Shown: positions 58,059-64,000 of the stretch, one piece after another
How positions within the stretch are numbered: position 1 is the first letter of the stretch
Layout: every line of letters begins with the position of its first letter
Source of the DNA: Planctomycetaceae bacterium
GTDB lineage: Bacteria > Planctomycetota > Planctomycetia > Pirellulales > Thermoguttaceae
Reading direction: 5' to 3'
DNA: 64,000 nucleotides
Assembly: GCA_004556055.1 (NCBI GenBank)
Contig: SFIW01000001.1
Location: 58,996 to 122,995, forward strand
The notes under the pieces: generated by a model
Seen by the model: the letters and a program-made list of their open reading frames with translations, nothing else
The model's database searches: none
Told to the model about the DNA's origin: nothing
Position numbers and translations under genes: made by a program

Positions 58059-59777
58059 ATGCCTACGTCGCTCTTTCAGTACGAAATGCTGCCGACGTCA
58101 TGGTTTTATCTTTCTTCGATTCTGATCATTGCGCTTTTTTTTCGCTTTAATCGACTAGCAAGCGTCAGAAACCTCGACGTTTTAGGCTTGATAGCGCTGA
58201 CTCCAGGTTTAGTTTATGTCGCGATGGGATCGGCGCTCCAGGGTTATCTATGGCTTTTTGTCGTCGGAGCGTTCATTTTTGTTCGATTGACGCTTGACGT
58301 TTTCTTTTGTCGACGTCCGATCCTTTCTCCGAACTTAAATTTTGAAGGATTGGCGTTTTCGTGCGTGGCGTCTTGCGCGTTTTTGATTCCGAACCTTTTC
58401 CTAAATCGAGGCGACGCTTGCGAATCTCCGCGCGCCTGGCGTTTGGAGCAGATCCTTGCCGCGTCAGAAGAGTCGCGTCACGAAGAGACCAAGAAAACGG
58501 TCTGGCCCGGCTATCCGCCGTTTCTTCAAGCGACCCAAGACGTAAACCGTTTCTTTTCACCGTCGCAAACCGCGTGGAAACGCGCCGTTACCGAGGCGTT
58601 GATTCGCAAACAATCGGAAGACGAACTGAATCTTTTCGGTTTTACGATCCGCGTCGGTTCAGAACGGGAGAAAAAGAGACCCGCGGCTCGCGCGGTGCGT
58701 TGGGCGTCGGGCGCTTCGGAGGAGAGCTTTTACGATCTGAATCGTTCGGAGCTAGAAGACTCGCAATTCGATTCGGACGATTACAGACCGCAAGGTTTGA
58801 ACGGAGTGGAACCTGCGGCGTCAATCCCGACGGCGGAAACGACGCCGCAAGCGACGCGCATGGGAGACGAGGAGACAGACGACGTTTTTTCTCGATCGTC
58901 GGGGATTCGAACGCCGCAAATCGGCGTCGAAGGGGGCCGTTCTTCAAATTTAGAGACTGAGGAAGAGCTCGGTTCGGAACGGATCAAAGCGGGCGATTCC
59001 GCCACCTTCCGCTGGCAGCCCCTTTCTCAAGAGGGATTGCTCCTTGTTCTTTGCGTGATCTTTTTGCAACTTGGGATCATTGCGACGATCGTCTTGATCG
59101 GTCATGTTCATTTTGGTTCCCTTCAAGCGGGGCTTGCCGCGGCGCTCCTATACCTTCTCCACCCCTATATCAATCAGTTTACCGGTCGTCTCGATCATAT
59201 TGTCCCCGCGCTTTTGCTCCTCTTAGCGATCCTCCTCTATCGCCGTCCCTTCCTTTCAGGCTCCGCGCTCGGAGCCGCGGGCGTCCTGGTCTTTTATCCT
59301 TTTTTTCTCTTCCCATTATGGATCGGGTATTATTGGCGAAAGGGATTGGGACGTTTCCTTACGGGAAGTAGCGCGGTGATTCTCACGTTGTCTGTCGGAC
59401 TTCTCCTTTATCCGGTGGAAGGCGTCAGTTTTGGAGAGTCTTTGGCGTTGACTTACGGTTGGCATTCGATTTTTTTGGCGGACGCCGACGGTATATGGGA
59501 GTATTTACCGCGATTTTACAGGATTCCGATCATATCCCTTTTTGGGGTATTTTGTTTTGGTTACTCTCTTCTTATTCAGCAGAAAACGCTTGGTTCGCTC
59601 ATGTCCTTGTCCGCTGCGTTAATGCTTGGCGCGCAATTCTGGATGGGGCGTCAGGGGGGATTGTATATGGCGTGGTATCTCCCGCTGATTATATTGACGA
59701 TATTTCGTCCCAACCTTTCAGATCGAACGGCGACGGCAGCCGTTGTCGATTTGCCAGGCGCGGAGGGAACGACTTGA
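58059..59777 (+). CDS. polytopic membrane protein with a central acidic disordered region (function unknown)
   Basis: 572 aa. AGGAG before the ATG. N-terminal TM cluster, about 180 aa of charged linker, and a C-terminal bundle of about 8 TM helices. Confidence 0.6.
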   Translation: MPTSLFQYEMLPTSWFYLSSILIIALFFRFNRLASVRNLDVLGLIALTPGLVYVAMGSALQGYLWLFVVGAFIFVRLTLDVFFCRRPILSPNLNFEGLAFSCVASCAFLIPNLFLNRGDACESPRAWRLEQILAASEESRHEETKKTVWPGYPPFLQATQDVNRFFSPSQTAWKRAVTEALIRKQSEDELNLFGFTIRVGSEREKKRPAARAVRWASGASEESFYDLNRSELEDSQFDSDDYRPQGLNGVEPAASIPTAETTPQATRMGDEETDDVFSRSSGIRTPQIGVEGGRSSNLETEEELGSERIKAGDSATFRWQPLSQEGLLLVLCVIFLQLGIIATIVLIGHVHFGSLQAGLAAALLYLLHPYINQFTGRLDHIVPALLLLLAILLYRRPFLSGSALGAAGVLVFYPFFLFPLWIGYYWRKGLGRFLTGSSAVILTLSVGLLLYPVEGVSFGESLALTYGWHSIFLADADGIWEYLPRFYRIPIISLFGVFCFGYSLLIQQKTLGSLMSLSAALMLGAQFWMGRQGGLYMAWYLPLIILTIFRPNLSDRTATAAVVDLPGAEGTT

Positions 59778-59845
59778 AAAGAACGGCTCTGGGGATATAT
59801 TTAGCGTTTAGGGGTATCGCGACAGGGCGTTGAATCGGTCGTCTT

Positions 59846-62800
59846 TTGGTAGTGAATTTTCGCACGGGGAAAAGAATAGTGAAAGAACGAAAAACGAGAC
59901 AGACCAAGACGACAATCTACGATTGGCTTATGATTCAATGGGCGCGCGAGTGCGAAGAAAATCGTCTGTTTCGTCTGCCCGAGACGACAGACGTCTCAAG
60001 CGAACGCGATTCAGAAGGGCGTTTTGTCGATCCGACGTCGTTTTTGAGCGTTCGAGCCGAATCGGCTCTTAACGCGCTTGGAATCTCAGCGCGGTCTTGG
60101 GTCGAGCGCGCCGGGTGGATTTGTCGCGGGACATTCTTTTTCACAATAGCGTTGGGAGCTTTAGCTTTTCCCTTCGCGCGCGTTGAGACGATCCTTGGGA
60201 ACGGAGTCAACCTTGCCGGTCCCTTTCTCTTCTTTCTTTTAACGCAGCTCTTCTTTTTGTCGTGCGCCTTGGTTTTTCTTGTAATCTTGCTGATTTCCCT
60301 TGCTTGCAGGCGACTTTTGGGGAGAGGGCGTTCGGCCACATGGGGCGAAAGGGTTGCGATTCTACTTTCGGGTCTTGTTGGCCGGGTCGCAATTTGGGTT
60401 TTTCATCATGTGATTCCGATGACGTCTTCTTTTTTCGGCGCGCGATTTCGGGAACGATTCGGCTGGCATAAACACAGCGGAGCCGCGCGCCGCGCGCGTT
60501 TGGACGATCCAGAAAGCGTCCAAAGGGAAGAAGAGGCGGGACGACGTCTTCGCGAGGGAGGGGCGTTATTTTGGAATATGCTCTTTTCACGGGCGCAAGT
60601 TGCGGGACGTTGGAGTTGCGTTTTAACTCATTCGTTTTGGGCGTCTTGCTCCCTGTGCGTTCTTGTGATCCTTGCGGCGCGAATGCAGGGGAACCGTTAT
60701 GATTACTGTTGGCACACTTCTCTTGAAGACGAGAGGGTAGTTAAAGCGGGAGTCGACTTCCTTGGCGCGCCAATAGCCGCGCTAGGGGGGCGCGTACCCT
60801 CTGCCGTCGACGTCGAGGCGCTTTTTTCAGACGATCTTAACGCGTCGAAGCATAAAGTCGGCGTTGGAGGGAAGAACGCGCCGGTTGACGAATCCGTCGC
60901 TACGCGTCAGACCGCTGCGGCGACGCGATCACGCTGGTCGTATTTTTTGCTGTCTCTTGTCTTTATTTGGTGCGTTGTCCCGCGCGTTCTTTTCGCTCTC
61001 TTGTACTATTACCTCTACAAAAAGGCGCTGAACGATTATCGTCCCGATTTCCGCGAGTCATATTTTCGAGAGATTTTGGCGGAGGCGGAAGATTATTCAA
61101 CGACGACTCTCGCTGCGGAACGAAAAGACGACGCAACCTTGGCCGCCATTGAAGGCGTCGAGGAAGAAAAGGCGCCGATTGCGGAGCCTTCGCGCCCGAT
61201 CTGGAAGTCTCAACCCAAGATCGAGGAGGTTGTCGCTTCCATAAAGACGACGCCGGAGCCTGATAGCGATAATCGTCCAGCGTTGATTGAAGAGGAGAAA
61301 ACGGAGGCGGAACAAGCGAAGGAGCTCCCTCAAGTTGCGCCTGTCGAGCCCCAAAAAGAGAATTCCGCTTTCACGTCCGCGACGCGTCCAATGCAAGCGT
61401 CCCTTCCGGCGCTTGACGACGGGGACGGGACGAAGTCTATTTTGACGGAAATCCACGACGATTCGAAAGAAGGAGCGGCGGAAGAGGAAGTTCTTCAAGA
61501 CGCGACGCCGGAACCTGTTCTTTGCGTCGATAATGAAAGCGCAACGCGCGTCGGCGATCAAGAAGAGACGGAGGAGCCGATCTCCAACGACGTTTCCGAA
61601 GAATCCGCCGACGTTGTAGAGTCAACGCCGCCCGTCGACGTCTTGCGTCAAGAGGAGACTCAAAGTCGCCTTCAAAGCGCGCTAGTAAAACTGTCGACCG
61701 CTTTCGGCGCGCCCGAGAAGGAATCTTCCAAACTCGCATTTTCCTACGACTCCACGATTTCCCCCGAGCTCTTCGGAAAACTCCTGCATTGCCGCGACGC
61801 CTCCCGTCTTTTCGGCGACATAGCGAGCGAGCCCGCGCTGAAACGTAGCCTGAAAGCGCTTCTTGACTCCGTCGGAACGGAAATTGATCTATGCGTGATC
61901 GGCGTCGACGTGGGTCTTTCTCCCGCGAGACATTTTGTTCGTTTTCTCCGCGACGATCTCTTCCCGAAACTGACCTCCGCGCGTATTGTCTTAGTGGCGT
62001 CTGGGGGCGAACGGATGAGAAAACGTTTTGCTACTTCACCGTCGGCGATTTCTCAACGTCTTGAAGATTGGACTAAGACGATTGCGGCGATTAAGGAGAC
62101 GTCGGGACGAGACATAGAACCCGTTTTTTCCTACGACTCCGAACTCGATTTGCCCGAGGAGCGTCAGCGCCTTGAGAGAATCTTGGAAGGCGCGGAAGAA
62201 ACATCAGCGTCCGATGGAAAACGAACGCTGGAGAAATGGGACGCGGCGACTGAACGCATCGAGAACGCTTGTCGCGAGATTTTCTCAGAGGGAGACGAAG
62301 AGGGTTTGAACGAGGAGTCGACGCGTCTTCGCGCGAGCGTTCTCTGCGCGGAGATCTTTTCCATTTATCGAGAAGAGACGGCTCGTACGACGCGACTTTT
62401 GGCGAAAGAGAACGTCGACGGCGGAACGCTTTGGAAGAGTCTCGCCGAGGGCGCGCGCAACATTTCAAGCGAAGCGGGGAAGAGCTTCGTTTCGCAGGCG
62501 GAAAAACTGGGTCTCTCTCCCGACTATCTGGGAGAACGTCTGTTGTACGCGTGTCGGCTGGGGGATCGTTTCCGGTCTTTCACGGGGAAGTTGAGTCCGA
62601 AATGCGGGCTCGCCGCGGCGACCTTGGGCGTGGCGGCGCCGTGCGTCGTCGCGTTGTCTCCTCTTCTGGGGGGCGCGGTCACCGCGACGACAATCCTTTC
62701 GTCCATCGGAGCGCTTGGGGGCGTTCTTCCAACTTCTCTCGCGTCGGGTATGGTTACGGGCGTTTTGGGGTCGATGGCTCCTGAAGCGCTGCGTCATGTT

Positions 62801-63088
62801 GGGAGTAAAATTGCCGCAAAGCTTCGCGCGAACGGAACTGAAACGGAGGGGGCGACGCCCGAGGAACGCCTAGAGGAGACGAATACGGAGTCCGTTAGCG
62901 CGTTGGCGCGAGCGACGACGGCGTGGAGCGTGGTTCTGGAGCTACAGGGATTTGACGAAGCGCAGATCTCCGAGAGGGCGGCTCTTATCATGGAGCCTCT
63001 GGAAAGCTCGTCCCTTTCCACCCTCGAAGAGATTAAGAGCGCGATTTCCGCCGCGCGCGAGATTTTATTAGCGACTCCAAAGGTATAA
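59846..63088 (+). CDS. giant membrane protein, DUF2868-like (tentative)
   Basis: 1080-aa ORF. Start uncertain (TTG 59846, GTG 59879 or ATG 59930). About 5-6 TM helices, about 210 aa of acidic linker, a globular region with IDLCVIGVDVGLSPARHFVRFL, and a Gly/Ala-rich hydrophobic hairpin near the C-terminus. Confidence 0.6.
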   Translation: MVVNFRTGKRIVKERKTRQTKTTIYDWLMIQWARECEENRLFRLPETTDVSSERDSEGRFVDPTSFLSVRAESALNALGISARSWVERAGWICRGTFFFTIALGALAFPFARVETILGNGVNLAGPFLFFLLTQLFFLSCALVFLVILLISLACRRLLGRGRSATWGERVAILLSGLVGRVAIWVFHHVIPMTSSFFGARFRERFGWHKHSGAARRARLDDPESVQREEEAGRRLREGGALFWNMLFSRAQVAGRWSCVLTHSFWASCSLCVLVILAARMQGNRYDYCWHTSLEDERVVKAGVDFLGAPIAALGGRVPSAVDVEALFSDDLNASKHKVGVGGKNAPVDESVATRQTAAATRSRWSYFLLSLVFIWCVVPRVLFALLYYYLYKKALNDYRPDFRESYFREILAEAEDYSTTTLAAERKDDATLAAIEGVEEEKAPIAEPSRPIWKSQPKIEEVVASIKTTPEPDSDNRPALIEEEKTEAEQAKELPQVAPVEPQKENSAFTSATRPMQASLPALDDGDGTKSILTEIHDDSKEGAAEEEVLQDATPEPVLCVDNESATRVGDQEETEEPISNDVSEESADVVESTPPVDVLRQEETQSRLQSALVKLSTAFGAPEKESSKLAFSYDSTISPELFGKLLHCRDASRLFGDIASEPALKRSLKALLDSVGTEIDLCVIGVDVGLSPARHFVRFLRDDLFPKLTSARIVLVASGGERMRKRFATSPSAISQRLEDWTKTIAAIKETSGRDIEPVFSYDSELDLPEERQRLERILEGAEETSASDGKRTLEKWDAATERIENACREIFSEGDEEGLNEESTRLRASVLCAEIFSIYREETARTTRLLAKENVDGGTLWKSLAEGARNISSEAGKSFVSQAEKLGLSPDYLGERLLYACRLGDRFRSFTGKLSPKCGLAAATLGVAAPCVVALSPLLGGAVTATTILSSIGALGGVLPTSLASGMVTGVLGSMAPEALRHVGSKIAAKLRANGTETEGATPEERLEETNTESVSALARATTAWSVVLELQGFDEAQISERAALIMEPLESSSLSTLEEIKSAISAAREILLATPKV

Positions 63089-63108
63089 GGATTGTTCGGA
63101 GTGTGAGA

Positions 63109-64000
63109 ATGGAAGGCAACGAATCCTATTTAACGCAAGACGAGTTAAATCGAGTCACACCCCTTGTGGTGGCGATCGTCGGACCGACCAACGAGGGTAA
63201 AACGTCGATTCTCCGAACATTGACGAACGATCCTGAGTTCGGGTGCGTGAACGCGTATACGGGGACGACGATACGCGCGGAGATGCAACGCGTTTTTTGT
63301 CGAGGAGCCGCGGAGATTCTGCAATTGATTGACACGCCTGGTTTTCAGACGTCGAGCGAGATTCTGGAGAATGTGACGGAGAATTCTCTGGCGCAAGATC
63401 AGGACGGTGAGTATACGCTTTCCGATATTCTAGCGGCGATTCCGACGGAGGACGAAGATTTTCGTCACGATCTTCGGGCGTGGCGAGAGATCGAGAAGTG
63501 CGACGTGGTCTTGTTTGTCGCGAACATAGCGGAAGATCCCCGACGTTCCCTTTTGAAATCGACAATTACACTCTTACAGCATATCGGTAAGCCGACGCTT
63601 GTCGCGTATAACAATTTAGGAGTCCAAGGGGACGCAGGGGGAACGAGCGCCGATTTTCGGAAAGAATGGGACGCGACGCTCTTTCAGAAGAGATTTTTCC
63701 TGGTTCAGTGTTACGACGCGCACCGTCGCGTTTTTTCGGACGAGGTAGCGCTCTTTGAAAAGCTCGTCGCTTTGTCGCGCGATCCTTTGACGCGCCGCGT
63801 TTTACGAATGGAGTTAGAGGATCGCAAAGCTCGAGAACGACGTCGACTTGAAGAGTCGCGTCGGATCATTGCGGAATTGCTTTTAGACGTGGCGACGTGT
63901 CGTTACGAGGCGTCGAACGTCGACTCTTCGCAGCTCCAAGGTCTTCTCAAGCAGCTTCAAGGGCGATTGACGGAAAGCGTGATGCGCCGTGAGTTGAAGG
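63109..64000 (+). CDS. P-loop GTPase, DUF3482-family-like (partial, runs off the window)
   Basis: Manual translation gives MEGNESYLTQDELNRVTPLVVAIVGPTNEGKTSILRTLTNDPEFG...TGTT...LIDTPGFQ. G1, G2 and G3 are present. Lies 20 nt after the upstream stop. Not in the ORF track because no stop falls inside the window. Confidence 0.75.
   Translation, partial: MEGNESYLTQDELNRVTPLVVAIVGPTNEGKTSILRTLTNDPEFGCVNAYTGTTIRAEMQRVFCRGAAEILQLIDTPGFQTSSEILENVTENSLAQDQDGEYTLSDILAAIPTEDEDFRHDLRAWREIEKCDVVLFVANIAEDPRRSLLKSTITLLQHIGKPTLVAYNNLGVQGDAGGTSADFRKEWDATLFQKRFFLVQCYDAHRRVFSDEVALFEKLVALSRDPLTRRVLRMELEDRKARERRRLEESRRIIAELLLDVATCRYEASNVDSSQLQGLLKQLQGRLTESVMRRELK

Overview
This window looks like a mostly core, housekeeping stretch of a bacterial chromosome at roughly 50% GC. 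The likely source is Planctomycetota. That is an inference from gene content: fused SecDF, tandem Tat-signal Gfo/Idh/MocA oxidoreductases, a DUF1570-like HExxH lipoprotein, an LRR lipoprotein and GT-C-like membrane proteins.

Genes recognised:
- DUF167, an LRR lipoprotein and a solitary Top6A/Spo11-like gene
- two paralogous Tat oxidoreductases
- groES-groEL (minus strand), a HAD hydrolase, cidA/lrgB-like genes and a secreted GH32 enzyme
- hemL, a CPBP protease and a large GT-C-like membrane protein
- a minus-strand glycosidase-glycosidase-ogt operon
- yajC and secDF (minus strand), a rimI-like GNAT, and a divergent TPR / HExxH lipoprotein pair
- tpiA-secG and yicC-gmk-rpoZ-coaC
- an almost complete S10-spc-alpha ribosomal protein cluster (rpsJ to rplQ, with secY, adk, map and an rpmJ that the ORF track missed)
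- prfB
- a final block (58-64 kb) of a polytopic membrane protein, a 1080-aa membrane protein and a P-loop GTPase that runs off the window

I found no tRNA, rRNA, CRISPR array, transposase, integrase or recognisable defence gene.

The best candidate for an undescribed system is the 58-64 kb membrane protein / giant DUF2868-like protein / DUF3482-like GTPase module.

Secondary points of interest:
- an orphan type IIB topoisomerase A subunit
- two promoter-to-terminator units with no ORF, which are candidate sRNAs
- a spc operon interrupted by a terminator, a promoter and a structured leader
- a GroES with a Cys-rich N-terminal extension
- several unusual gene junctions

All family assignments rest on reading motifs by eye. 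No searches were run.
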